From positions 1,099 to 65,098 of the forward strand of contig JBPCKA010000013.1 in the NCBI GenBank assembly GCA_051004735.1: a DNA stretch of 64,000 nt, given 5' to 3'. Origin of the DNA: Euzebya sp. (GTDB lineage: Bacteria > Actinomycetota > Nitriliruptoria > Euzebyales > Euzebyaceae). The position numbers and the translations under genes are program-made. Every line of letters starts with the position of its first letter. Positions within the stretch are counted from its first letter, which is position 1. Below, piece by piece: positions 49,371-58,265 of the stretch. The notes under the pieces are model-generated. The model searched no databases and had not been told where the DNA came from. It saw only the letters and a program-made list of their open reading frames with translations.

Positions 49371-49621
49371 CCGCTGTGCAACCGACCAGCGATCCGCCCG
49401 CGGACGATGTCCCAATCCTCCTCGGATGCGGCAACGCCCAACACCTCCCGGGCGCGTCGCTCCAGCTCGTCCGCCCACGCGGTTGCGACCTCCGGAAGAT
49501 CGTCGTGCGTCGCATCCAGGCTGGCGAGAAGGTCGGCCGCGACCTGGGCACGCTCATCGAGGGGCAATGCCAAGGCGTCGCGTAGCACGGCGTTGGCGTT
49601 CTCGGTCATCACAGGGATCAT
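49367..49621 (-). CDS. Addiction-module antitoxin (TIGR02574-like putative addiction module component)
   Basis: MTENANAVLRDALALPLDERAQVAADLLASLD...WADELERR pattern; an alternative start is 49609. Confidence 0.6.
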   Translation of the reverse strand: MIPVMTENANAVLRDALALPLDERAQVAADLLASLDATHDDLPEVATAWADELERRAREVLGVAASEEDWDIVRGRIAGRLHSG

Positions 49622-49862
49622 ATCGGACCAAGCCGCTGGCCCGCGGCTGCTGACAGAACGAGAGGCCAACGCTACTACCGGGGTTGTCACCGACCAGATG
49701 CGGGTGCTGAGTCGCCCCATCTAGCTGCTCCTCTGGCCATGCGTTAACAGCTGGTATCCAAGGCCGGCCGGGGCGGCATTGAACGCGCCCTATGTGCCGG
49801 GGCTGGCCGGGGGTCACCGCCTCGGAACCGGCACCCCCGCCGGCATGTCCCCGCCGCCGTTG

Positions 49863-49953
49863 TGTCGTCTGGTGCGCCGGTACACCGAACGTCACGGTCT
49901 AGGGTCCGCTGGCGTGTCGTCTGGTGCGCGGGTACACCAAACGTCACGGTCTA
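49863..49953. repeat. Two imperfect 40-bp direct repeats (TGTCGTCTGGTGCGCCGGTACACCGAACGTCACGGTCTAG at 49863-49902 and a near-identical copy at 49914-49953)
   Basis: Seen in sequence; two mismatches plus one extra A in copy 2; followed by the AT-rich CTTAGTTAGTCC. Confidence 0.75.
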
Positions 49954-49956
49954 AGC

Positions 49957-50253
49957 TTAGTTAGTCCACGCCCCGGCCCGCAGCAGCTGGCGAGGCTCCC
50001 CGAGGTGCCAGTGCCGGACAATGGCCAGGGGCAACCCGGCGAGGACGACCTTGAGGGCTCCCGTAACCCAGATCAGGAGGATGAACCCGTGATCTCGGGC
50101 GAGGGCCTTCTCCCGGATCGTCTCGGCCAGTGTGCCAAGGCCCACGTGCCCGCCGGCTGCCCAGTAGAAGCTGACGCGGCCGAAGGCAAGGGCCCAGACG
50201 GCGGCGGCGTAGGCGGGCCAGGTCCGGGTCAGGGTCCGGGTCCGGCCCTCCAT
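49957..50253 (-). CDS. DUF3995-like small membrane protein
   Basis: Two to three hydrophobic helices (WPAYAAAVWALAFGRVSFYWAAGG, GFILLIWVTGALKVVLAGLPLAIV); start uncertain. Confidence 0.35.
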   Translation of the reverse strand: MEGRTRTLTRTWPAYAAAVWALAFGRVSFYWAAGGHVGLGTLAETIREKALARDHGFILLIWVTGALKVVLAGLPLAIVRHWHLGEPRQLLRAGAWTN

Positions 50254-50444
50254 CAAAACGGCGTCGCCTGTCACGGCTCGACCAGGCGCGGGTGCCCGCC
50301 GGTTCGCAGCAGGGTCGTCGCCACGGAACCCGAACGCGCCCACGTTGTCACCGGCGGCGCGCTGCCGCCAACACTTCATGAGGTGCTCGTCGCGACGTGT
50401 CGCTTTGCCCTCGCGGGCCCAACCTGACGGCGAAAGGACGACAG

Positions 50445-50927
50445 ATGGCCAAAGACCACGCCCCGATCTGGGAGGAGACCGACGAGCTACCGGCGTTGGT
50501 GATCTCCGCCCTGCGGAGGCCGGTCGGCGAGGTCGTCGCCATCGTGGCCACCGTCGACGTCGACGGCTCGCCCCGGACTGCCGCCTTCGGCAGCGTGCGG
50601 CCCATCACCAGCCGCGAACTTCGGTTCGGCTGCAACCGGACGCACGGAACCTTCGCCAACGTCGTCCGGGACGGACAGGCGATGGTCGCCATCTTCGCCT
50701 CACCCGACATAGCGGTTGGCATCCGAGGTCGAGCCCGGGTGCTGAAGGAGGAGCTGGACTGCTGGCCGGGTGACGCCGCGATCGCCATCGACGTGAGTAC
50801 CGTAAAGAACGACGCTCTCCCGATGGCACCGGTTGAGAGCGGGATCACCTACTCCGTGCCTCCCGACGTCCGGGTCCGCCTCCGACAGTATTTCGGCGAG
50901 TTGGAGGCAGCCCCGTCGGCCGGCTGA
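50445..50927 (+). CDS. Pyridoxamine-5'-phosphate-oxidase-like FMN-binding split-barrel protein
   Basis: VVAIVATVDVDGSPRTAAFGSVRP...MVAIFASPD pattern of the PNPOx-like family. Confidence 0.55.
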   Translation: MAKDHAPIWEETDELPALVISALRRPVGEVVAIVATVDVDGSPRTAAFGSVRPITSRELRFGCNRTHGTFANVVRDGQAMVAIFASPDIAVGIRGRARVLKEELDCWPGDAAIAIDVSTVKNDALPMAPVESGITYSVPPDVRVRLRQYFGELEAAPSAG

Positions 50928-50948
50928 CCCACGATTCCATGGGCGCTA

Positions 50949-52976
50949 CTAACCCAGCGCGACCACCAAGAAGGTCAGAGTTCGTGACTCGTCCTTCCAT
51001 GCCGTGTAGCGTCCGCTGGGTCCACCGTGCCCCGCTCCAAGCTCCGTTTTGAGCAGGATCGGCCGTTCACTGGTCGTCATTTCACGTAGACGCGCCACCC
51101 ACTTCGCCGGTTCGTGATAGCTCACGCGTGGGTCGTTCAGGCCGGCGGTGACATAGATCGCGGGATAGGGCGCGGCAACGGTGTTGTCGTAGGGCGAGTA
51201 GCTCAGCATGTAGCTCGCATGGGGCTCACTGCGGGGATCTCCCCACTCCTCCCATTCCGTCACGGTCAATGGCAGTGAGGGGTCGCTCATGGTCGTGACA
51301 ATGTCGACGAACGGGACGTCACCGACTGCAGCAGCGAAGCGTTGCGGACGCATGGTGATGCAGGCCCCAACCAACAAGCCGCCCGCTGATCCACCTCTGA
51401 TCCCCAGCCGATCCGGAGCCGACCATCCGCTGTCGACCAGCAGGTCCGCCACGGCCAGGGTGTCGGTGAAGGTGTTGCGCTTGTGCAGCAGCTTTCCCTG
51501 CGTGTACCACCGTCTGCCTCCCTCGCCGCCACCGCGGGGATGGGCCAACGCGAACGTCATGCCCCGGTCCAGCAAGGACAGCCGCGGCACGCTGAATGCC
51601 GGAGGGACGGACACCTCATAGGAGCCATAGCCATACAACAGGCAGGCGGCCGTACCGTCCACCGGCGTGTCGACATGCCGCACCACGTCGACAGGGACCT
51701 GCGTGCCATCCTCAGCCTCCGCCCACAACCGCTTCGCCACGTAGGAATCAAGGTCGACGTTTGGGGTGGGATCCTGCTTGACCAGGGTCTGCTCACCCGT
51801 GCGCACGTTCACGTCATAACTGGTGCGTGGCTGGGCCATTGACTGCACGCTGATACGCAGGACCTGAGTGTCCCACTGTCTGTTGGCGCTGAAGGTGATG
51901 TCGTGTGGTCCCTCCAAGGCATCAAGGACCGTGCTGGCCCCGTCGCGGAACAGCACCCGGATCCGGGGTTGGGCATCGCTCCACTCAAGGATTGCCAGGT
52001 GATCGGCGAAGGGCTCGGCCCCATCGATCCTGCGCCCAGGCTGGTGGGCAACCAGTTCACTCCATCGCCCTGGGTCCTGCAGTGGCGCAGTCATTACCCT
52101 GAAGTCCTCGGCATCCAGGTTGGTGACGATCACGAAGCGGTCCCCCCAGTGATCCACCGAGTACTCGACATCCTGGCGCCGCGGCGTGACCACGAGGGGC
52201 GTAGCCGTGGGATCAGCAGTGGGGAGCAGCCAGACCTCGCTGGAAAGCTTGGACTGGCTGACGATGACGATCCACTCCCGACTCCGTGTGGTGCCGACGC
52301 CAACGAAGAACCGCTCATCGTCGTCGCGATACACCTCGACATCCTCGGCTTGCGGGGTCCCCAGCCGATGCCGCATGACCCGATGGGGCCGCTCCTGATC
52401 GTCCGGCAACAGATAGAACAGATAGCTCCCGTCAGCAGACCACGCCCCACCGCCAGCCGAGGTGTCGATGAGTTGGTCGTCCAGATCCGTATTCGCGGCG
52501 ATCTCACGAAATCTGAGCAGGTAGTGCTCTGAACCGTCGGTATCGGCGGACCATGCCGCCAGACGATGGTCTGGGCTGACGCTCAGCAGACCCAGGCTGA
52601 AGTACTCCTGACCCAAGGCTTCGACGTTGACGTCCAGCACAACCTGCTGATCGGCAGACTGGGCTGTGCGGCCACGGCAGACCTTCACATAGTCCTTTCC
52701 CTCCTCGGTGGCACGTTGATAGAACCAGTCATCGTGCGGGACAGGCGCGGATTTGTCAGTCTGCTGCACCCGGGACTTGATCTGTTGAAATACCTCCTGG
52801 ACAAGCCGATCATGCCCGGCGAACCAGCCCTCGGCGACGGCGTTCTCCTCCTTCAGGTAGGCCAGGGTGTCGGGGTCGTCACGGTCGGCCAACCAGGCGT
52901 AGTTGTCGATCACGTTCCCCGTCGGGCGTGGCCAGGTGTGAGGGATGCGTTTGGGCTGGGGGACGCTCATCGGCAA
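50949..52976 (-). CDS. ptrB: Oligopeptidase B (S9A prolyl-oligopeptidase family)
   Basis: N-terminal beta-propeller with DNYAWLADRDDPDTLAYLKEEN; catalytic domain GGSAGGLLVGA (Ser), D and H of the triad downstream. Confidence 0.85.
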   Translation of the reverse strand: MPMSVPQPKRIPHTWPRPTGNVIDNYAWLADRDDPDTLAYLKEENAVAEGWFAGHDRLVQEVFQQIKSRVQQTDKSAPVPHDDWFYQRATEEGKDYVKVCRGRTAQSADQQVVLDVNVEALGQEYFSLGLLSVSPDHRLAAWSADTDGSEHYLLRFREIAANTDLDDQLIDTSAGGGAWSADGSYLFYLLPDDQERPHRVMRHRLGTPQAEDVEVYRDDDERFFVGVGTTRSREWIVIVSQSKLSSEVWLLPTADPTATPLVVTPRRQDVEYSVDHWGDRFVIVTNLDAEDFRVMTAPLQDPGRWSELVAHQPGRRIDGAEPFADHLAILEWSDAQPRIRVLFRDGASTVLDALEGPHDITFSANRQWDTQVLRISVQSMAQPRTSYDVNVRTGEQTLVKQDPTPNVDLDSYVAKRLWAEAEDGTQVPVDVVRHVDTPVDGTAACLLYGYGSYEVSVPPAFSVPRLSLLDRGMTFALAHPRGGGEGGRRWYTQGKLLHKRNTFTDTLAVADLLVDSGWSAPDRLGIRGGSAGGLLVGACITMRPQRFAAAVGDVPFVDIVTTMSDPSLPLTVTEWEEWGDPRSEPHASYMLSYSPYDNTVAAPYPAIYVTAGLNDPRVSYHEPAKWVARLREMTTSERPILLKTELGAGHGGPSGRYTAWKDESRTLTFLVVALG

Positions 52977-53054
52977 CAGCGTAGGGGTCGCCTTGTCACC
53001 TGCGCCCGGATCGGCCTTCCGGTGCTAACCGGGCCTGCGTTAAGGTCCGGGCCA

Positions 53055-53633
53055 ATGGCTACGTTCTTTGCCCCCGAGGCGCTCAGGACCTCAGACTTCG
53101 TCGTGCGCTGGTACCAAAACGGCGACGGGCCCGCGATGGCCGAATCAATCTCCTCCTCCGTTGAACACCTCAAGCCGTGGATGGGATGGGCCGCCGAAAG
53201 TCACACCGCTGAGGAGTGCGAGGCACGGGCTCGTAAGTTTCGGGCCAATTGCCTGTTGAACACCAACTTCATCCTGGGGGTGTGGTCGCTGGACGACACA
53301 CGACTGCTAGGCGGCACCGGATTTCACCTGCGAGGTGTCCGTGACGTCTGGGATGGTGTGGGTGAGATCGGGATGTGGATCCGGGGCGATGAGGCGGGTC
53401 GAGGACTTGGTACCGCCCTGTTGAAGGCCATGCTGGCGTGGGGGTTCTCCGAGTGGCCGTGGGAACGACTGAGTTGGCATTGCGACTCACGGAACATGGC
53501 ATCCCGACGAACCGCCCAGAAGGCAGGGATGAAGTTGGAGGGGACGCTGCGGGGCGACAAGGCCGACGTCGGCGAGGGTCGCTGTGACACGATGATCTTC
53601 GGTCTGAGCAGAACTGACTATCAGGCCTGTTGA
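53055..53633 (+). CDS. GNAT-family N-acetyltransferase
   Basis: ORF 52566..53633 is mostly antisense to ptrB; the internal ATG at 53055 gives a 192-aa protein with the GNAT core (IGMWIRGDEAGRGLGTALLKAML). Confidence 0.7.
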   Translation: MATFFAPEALRTSDFVVRWYQNGDGPAMAESISSSVEHLKPWMGWAAESHTAEECEARARKFRANCLLNTNFILGVWSLDDTRLLGGTGFHLRGVRDVWDGVGEIGMWIRGDEAGRGLGTALLKAMLAWGFSEWPWERLSWHCDSRNMASRRTAQKAGMKLEGTLRGDKADVGEGRCDTMIFGLSRTDYQAC

Positions 53634-53762
53634 GTGCTCTTACGACAATTCAGAACACATCGCGCATAAACGTGGCCCATCGGCCAACGATCTGTCGGCC
53701 TATAGACCCGCGATCGGTCAATGCGCAGTCTGGTCATAGTCAATCGAGAGGAGGCGTTCCCG

Positions 53763-54062
53763 ATGGGCGCAGTGACTGACAGAGCCAGCATCGACAAGAT
53801 CCTGCACGACCAGCCAGAGGCGCTGAAGGGTTATGACGTCCACACCGTCGATGGCCACGCCGGCAAGTTGGCCGACGGACAGGACCGGGTGGATGAGGAG
53901 CACGTCGTGGTCCACATCGGCGGCAAGTTGTTCGGCAGCGACGTTGTGATGGAGACCGAAGCGATCAAGGCGGTCGATACCGCCGAGCACGTGGTTGAAG
54001 TCGACCGCATTACCGACTGGGTCAAGTCCTCGCCGAAGCTGAAGAACTTCGAGCAGCACTGA
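53763..54062 (+). CDS. Hypothetical small acidic protein
   Basis: ATG preceded by GAGAGGAGG RBS; 99 aa; no family recognised. Confidence 0.5.
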   Translation: MGAVTDRASIDKILHDQPEALKGYDVHTVDGHAGKLADGQDRVDEEHVVVHIGGKLFGSDVVMETEAIKAVDTAEHVVEVDRITDWVKSSPKLKNFEQH

Positions 54063-54117
54063 CCCGCATCACGTCCTTCTTAGAACGCCTTTGTACCCCG
54101 GGGCACGCGCGCACGTG

Positions 54118-54166
54118 TCCCCCTCACGGGGGGCTCGCCGGCCGGATCACATGTTGGTCCGGCCGG
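54118..54166. terminator. Bidirectional terminator-like hairpins between convergent genes: CCCCCTCACGGGGGG, and CCGGCCGG-N13-CCGGCCGG (54138-54166) enclosing the recR stop codon
   Basis: Seen in sequence; GC-rich perfect stems, no U-tract (common in actinobacteria). Confidence 0.35.
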
Positions 54167-54740
54167 CGAATGCACGTCCCAGGGTCACCTGATCGGCGTA
54201 CTCCATGTCGCCGCCGACAGGTAGGCCACTGGCGATCCGCGTGACGGATATCTCCAGTTGTTGCAGTTGGCGTCGCAGGTAACTTGCGGTCGTCTCGCCG
54301 TCCACGGTGGGGTTCAGGGCCAGCACCACCTCAGTCACCGGCTCCTCCCCCAGACGACGGAGCAGTTCGGCAATGTGGAGTTTTTCCGGGGTGATGCCAT
54401 CGATGGGCACGATCAGACCCCCCAGGACGTGGTAGCGACCGCGAAACTCGCCGGTCTTCTCGATCGCCTGGACATCCTTGGGCTCGGCGACCACGCACAG
54501 GACCTGGGAGGTTCGTTTGGTATCGCGGCAGATCCGGCATTCATCCGCCTCGGCCACATTGAAACAGCGTCGGCAGAACTGCACGTCCCTGGCGGCGGAC
54601 AGGATCGCGTCGGCCAGGCGTTGTGCATCGGTTCGCCCGACGCCCAGCAGGTGGAAGGCAAGCCGTTGCGCACTCTTGGGTCCGACGCCCGGCAGGCGGC
54701 CGAGCTCGTCTATCAGCGTCTGAACAGGACCTTCGTACAC
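54147..54740 (-). CDS. recR: Recombination protein RecR
   Basis: HhH (LPGVGPKSAQRLAFHLL), C4 zinc finger (CRRCFNVAEADECRIC), Toprim. Confidence 0.9.
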   Translation of the reverse strand: MYEGPVQTLIDELGRLPGVGPKSAQRLAFHLLGVGRTDAQRLADAILSAARDVQFCRRCFNVAEADECRICRDTKRTSQVLCVVAEPKDVQAIEKTGEFRGRYHVLGGLIVPIDGITPEKLHIAELLRRLGEEPVTEVVLALNPTVDGETTASYLRRQLQQLEISVTRIASGLPVGGDMEYADQVTLGRAFAGRTNM

Positions 54741-54752
54741 GGAGCGCCGCTG

Positions 54753-55094
54753 TTACAGCAGGCCGGGCGGTAGCCCGAGACCCCCGGCCACCCCGCCCAT
54801 CAGCTCACCCTCCAGATCTTTCGCGGCGCGGACGGCCTCGTTGCAGGCGGCCACCACCATGTCCTGCAGCATCTCGACGTCCTCCGGGTCAACGGCGTCG
54901 GGATTGATGGTGATGGACAGGAACTCGCCCGAGCCGTTCACGACGGCCTCGACCATCCCACCGCCCGAACTGCCGGTGACCTGCTTGGCCGCCAACTCCT
55001 CCTGCGCCTTCTGCATCTTCTTCATCATGGCCTGCGCCTGGCGCATCATGGCCTGCTGGTTGCCCATGGCTTGCTCCTGTTGTGCGGTGGACAT
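54753..55094 (-). CDS. ybaB: Nucleoid-associated protein YbaB/EbfC
   Basis: MMKKMQKAQEELAAKQVTGSSGGGMVEAVVNGSGEFLSITI signature. Confidence 0.9.
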   Translation of the reverse strand: MSTAQQEQAMGNQQAMMRQAQAMMKKMQKAQEELAAKQVTGSSGGGMVEAVVNGSGEFLSITINPDAVDPEDVEMLQDMVVAACNEAVRAAKDLEGELMGGVAGGLGLPPGLL

Positions 55095-55127
55095 CGGTGG
55101 ATGGGACTGGAGTGGTGGGACTTGAGC

Positions 55128-56882
55128 CTAACCGGTCGGACCCTCCGCTCCGGTGTCGCTGAGGATGCTGGCTCCAAGCCCTTGTGTCAGGGCCCGGATG
55201 GCTTGCTCATGCGCACCATCATCGTCGGTGATGTCGCCGGCGGCTTCTGCTGCTTCATGGTTGATGACCGCCGACGCCTCGTCATCAACCAACTGGTGTT
55301 CAGTTTCTGTTCCTGACGCAGCAGGAGGGTCAGATCCGACCACCGCCCGGATCTGGTACTTGGTGCCCACCACCGCCTGGACGATGTCGGCGATGGCCGT
55401 TGCGGTCTCGGTGTCCTGCGCCTGTTGGGCGTGAAAGTCGAACCGGAATTGAAGGACAAGGGTGTCCCCGGTGATGCTTGAGGGGGCTCCTTCACCCACG
55501 ATCGCAGCCACCCGCTTCGAGCGCTGCCCCAGTGTGGTCAGGATGGCTGGCCACGCCTCAACCACGGTGGTCAAATCATCTGCCGCAGGGACTGGCTCTG
55601 ATTGCACGGACTCGGGACTGACCGACACGGGCACCGGATCCGGTTCTGATTCCGGCTGGTCAGGCTCCGGTTCCGTCTGGTCGGGCTCCGCTTGTGGAGT
55701 GACCGGATCCGCTTCGACCTGTTCGGGCACAGACTGCGGACGGGTCGGCGCCGCCTCCAGGCGATCCAACCGGGCGGCCAGTGCACCCTGATCGCCGCCG
55801 GACTCGGGGATCGCGGCCTTCGCCAAGGCAATCTCCAAGGCCAGTTGGGTATTGCCGCGCCTCATCTTGGGTTGGGCGTCGTTCAGCAACTCGACGGCCC
55901 GCAGCAGGTCGGCGGTCCCGGTCCGCTGGGCCTGAGCCCGCAGTTCGGCGACCCGGTCGGGTGTGGCGTCCACCAGTCCGGCATCAGGTGCGGCTGCCAG
56001 CAGCATCAGTGACCGCAAATGGGCCACGGCATCGGTGGCGAACTGACGCAGGTCGGTGCCGCCGTCGGAGATCTGCTGCACCAACGTCAACACGCCGGCG
56101 ACATCGGAGGTGACCAACAGTTCTGCCATCCGGTCCAGCAGGGTCGAAGGCACCGAACCCAGAACCTCAGCGACCCCGTCGGCGGTGATCTGTGGACCGG
56201 TGAACGCCACGACCTGGTCCAGTACCGACAACGTGTCGCGGGCCGATCCGTCCCCTGCCTTGACGATGGACTGCAGGGCATCACCCTCAAAGGTGAATCC
56301 CTCAAGATCGGCGATGTGACGGCAGTGGGCCGCCAGTTCTGCAGCCGGAATGCGTCGCAGGTCAAAGCGCTGCGTGCGGGACAACACGGTCGGCAGGATC
56401 TTGTGGGGCTCGGTGGTGGCGAAGACGAAGATCACATGGTCTGGCGGTTCTTCGATGGTCTTCAGGAACGCGTTCCATGCCTGGTTGGACAGCATGTGGC
56501 ACTCATCGACGATGTAGACCTTGACCCGCGTCTGGGCAGGTGTGAACGCGACCCGTTCCCGCAGGTCACGGACATCATCGACGCTGTTGTTCGAAGCTGC
56601 GTCGATCTCGATGACGTCGGGGCAGGTGCCCTCGCGGATGGCCACCACGATGGGGTCGTCCTGCGGAGGGTCCGAGGTGGGCCCGTCGGTGGCATTGATG
56701 GCCATGGCGAGCAGGCGCGCCGAAGACGTCTTTCCTGTGCCCCGGGGGCCGGTCAGCAGATAGGCGTGATGCCACGATCCGGCGTCCACCGCCCGGGCAA
56801 GGGTCTTGGTGACGTGGTCCTGTCCGACCACCTGGGCAAAGGAGGCCGGTCGGTACTTGCGGTACAGCGAGACGTGCGCCAC
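55128..56882 (-). CDS. dnaX: DNA polymerase III subunits gamma/tau
   Basis: SLYRKYRPASFAQVVGQDHV, GPRGTGKTS, C-terminal low-complexity Pro/Glu tau region; GTG start at 56880-56882 (VAHVSLYRKYRP). Confidence 0.85.
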   Translation of the reverse strand: MAHVSLYRKYRPASFAQVVGQDHVTKTLARAVDAGSWHHAYLLTGPRGTGKTSSARLLAMAINATDGPTSDPPQDDPIVVAIREGTCPDVIEIDAASNNSVDDVRDLRERVAFTPAQTRVKVYIVDECHMLSNQAWNAFLKTIEEPPDHVIFVFATTEPHKILPTVLSRTQRFDLRRIPAAELAAHCRHIADLEGFTFEGDALQSIVKAGDGSARDTLSVLDQVVAFTGPQITADGVAEVLGSVPSTLLDRMAELLVTSDVAGVLTLVQQISDGGTDLRQFATDAVAHLRSLMLLAAAPDAGLVDATPDRVAELRAQAQRTGTADLLRAVELLNDAQPKMRRGNTQLALEIALAKAAIPESGGDQGALAARLDRLEAAPTRPQSVPEQVEADPVTPQAEPDQTEPEPDQPESEPDPVPVSVSPESVQSEPVPAADDLTTVVEAWPAILTTLGQRSKRVAAIVGEGAPSSITGDTLVLQFRFDFHAQQAQDTETATAIADIVQAVVGTKYQIRAVVGSDPPAASGTETEHQLVDDEASAVINHEAAEAAGDITDDDGAHEQAIRALTQGLGASILSDTGAEGPTG

Positions 56883-57019
56883 CCGGAGCAGCCCTTTCTG
56901 AGTGTGATCGGCAACGGCGTGCGCAACGCACCCTAGTAGCCAGCTGTGACACCGTCGACCATCGGTATGGACAACGGGGTAGTTGTGGACAACGGGCAAC
57001 GGGGTCCGCCGCGATCACC

Positions 57020-57140
<121 letters not shown>

Positions 57141-57200
57141 ACCACGGCGGGGATCCACCACTATAGCGGCGGTGTCAGACCCGTGACCTGGTCGGGGGGC

Positions 57201-57941
57201 TCAACCGGTGGTCAACGCCTCGAAGGCCTCTTGGACCGAGCTGACCGGGATCAGGGTCATCGTGGTGGAGGCCGAACTCACCTGCCCCTCAAGCCCAGCG
57301 GGGATCAGGAACACCTCGGCCCCGGCATCCTCGGCGGCACGCATCTTGTCCTGGACACTACTAACCGGACCCACCGTGCCGTCAGCGGCAACCGTGCCGG
57401 TGCCGGCGATGATCCGCCCGGCCGCGACGTTCAGGGGCGAGGCCAGGTCCGCGACTGCCAGGCTGGTCAACAGGCCGGCGGAAGGCCCGCCAACCCCCTC
57501 GGTGTCGATCACGACGTCGTCGGTGGCCAGGTTGCTGTCGGCCAGTGCCAGCCCCAGTTGGATGGCCTCGATCTCGGCAGCATCGAACAACCCAACCTGT
57601 CGGGCAATGAACTCCTCCTCGGATTCATCCCCGAGCACCGAGGCCCGGGACACAATCTGCGCGTCGCTGTCGAAGGCAGCCGTGAAGGTGTCCACCACAC
57701 GGGCGTCGTCCAGTTGGACGGTCAGGAACAGGTAGTCGCCGTCGATCGGACTGGCCCCCTCAATCATCACCGCATCGGCAAGTGGGAAGACCGGACCGGG
57801 GACAAGGACGTAGGCGGGCACAGGGATACGCAGGCTCAGCACGGCCACCAGCAAGATCGCGCCGACCCACAGGATCCGGTTCAACACCGGCCGGCGGAAA
57901 TGCCGGGCGGAGGTGGTCGGGGTGGGTGCAGGCGAGGTCAT
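57201..57941 (-). CDS. Lon-like S16 protease domain / PDZ membrane protein (YlbL/SdrC family)
   Basis: N-terminal TM helix, then GVGGPSAGLLTSLAV...GTGTVAADGTVGPVSSVQDKMRAAEDAGAEVFLIPA (Lon S16 catalytic Ser-Lys region). Confidence 0.7.
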   Translation of the reverse strand: MTSPAPTPTTSARHFRRPVLNRILWVGAILLVAVLSLRIPVPAYVLVPGPVFPLADAVMIEGASPIDGDYLFLTVQLDDARVVDTFTAAFDSDAQIVSRASVLGDESEEEFIARQVGLFDAAEIEAIQLGLALADSNLATDDVVIDTEGVGGPSAGLLTSLAVADLASPLNVAAGRIIAGTGTVAADGTVGPVSSVQDKMRAAEDAGAEVFLIPAGLEGQVSSASTTMTLIPVSSVQEAFEALTTG

Positions 57942-58031
57942 GGGGAGTGGACGGGAGGGGTCAAAGAGGCGACCGGCCCAGGCGCTATACTGCCGTGCTC
58001 ACGCCCGAGACAGCCGTGTCGGCGCGTGCAT

Positions 58032-58123
58032 GGAGTCGTCGCCTAGTCAGGCCTATGGCGCGGTCTTGGAATGGCCGTTGGGTAGCAATGCCCTCGGGGG
58101 TTCGAATCCCCCCGACTCCGCCA
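58032..58123 (+). tRNA. tRNA-Ser (anticodon GGA), type II with long variable arm, CCA encoded
   Basis: Folded by hand: acceptor GGAGTCG/CGACTCC, D-stem GCC/GGC with 13-nt D-loop, anticodon stem CGGTC/GGCCG with loop TTGGAAT, 18-nt variable arm, T-arm GGGGG-TTCGAAT-CCCCC, discriminator G then CCA. Confidence 0.8.
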
Positions 58124-58265
58124 CATTCCCCTCCGGTGCAGAAGCACGGACAGGTGACACCACGGCCCCGGACAACGACTCGGGTGCTGTCGGATGGTCA
58201 TCCGATGCACAACCGCCGCGACAGCTGGGAGAATCAGCGGACGCGAGTGCTCACGGGAGAAGAAT

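Noticed and set aside
52566-53054. N-terminal 163 codons of ORF 52566..53633
   Set aside because: This part is antisense to the well-supported ptrB gene and continues through its start; the GNAT domain begins only after the internal ATG at 53055, which I take as the real start.
55128-56882. Programmed -1 frameshift site in dnaX (gamma subunit production)
   Set aside because: No A AAA AAG-type slippery heptamer is evident in this GC-rich gene; actinobacteria generally lack the dnaX frameshift.
58124-58265. Integrase or attachment-site repeat downstream of tRNA-Ser
   Set aside because: No integrase-like ORF and no obvious duplicate of the tRNA 3' end could be seen by eye in the adjacent sequence, so I do not call a genomic island, only flag the position.
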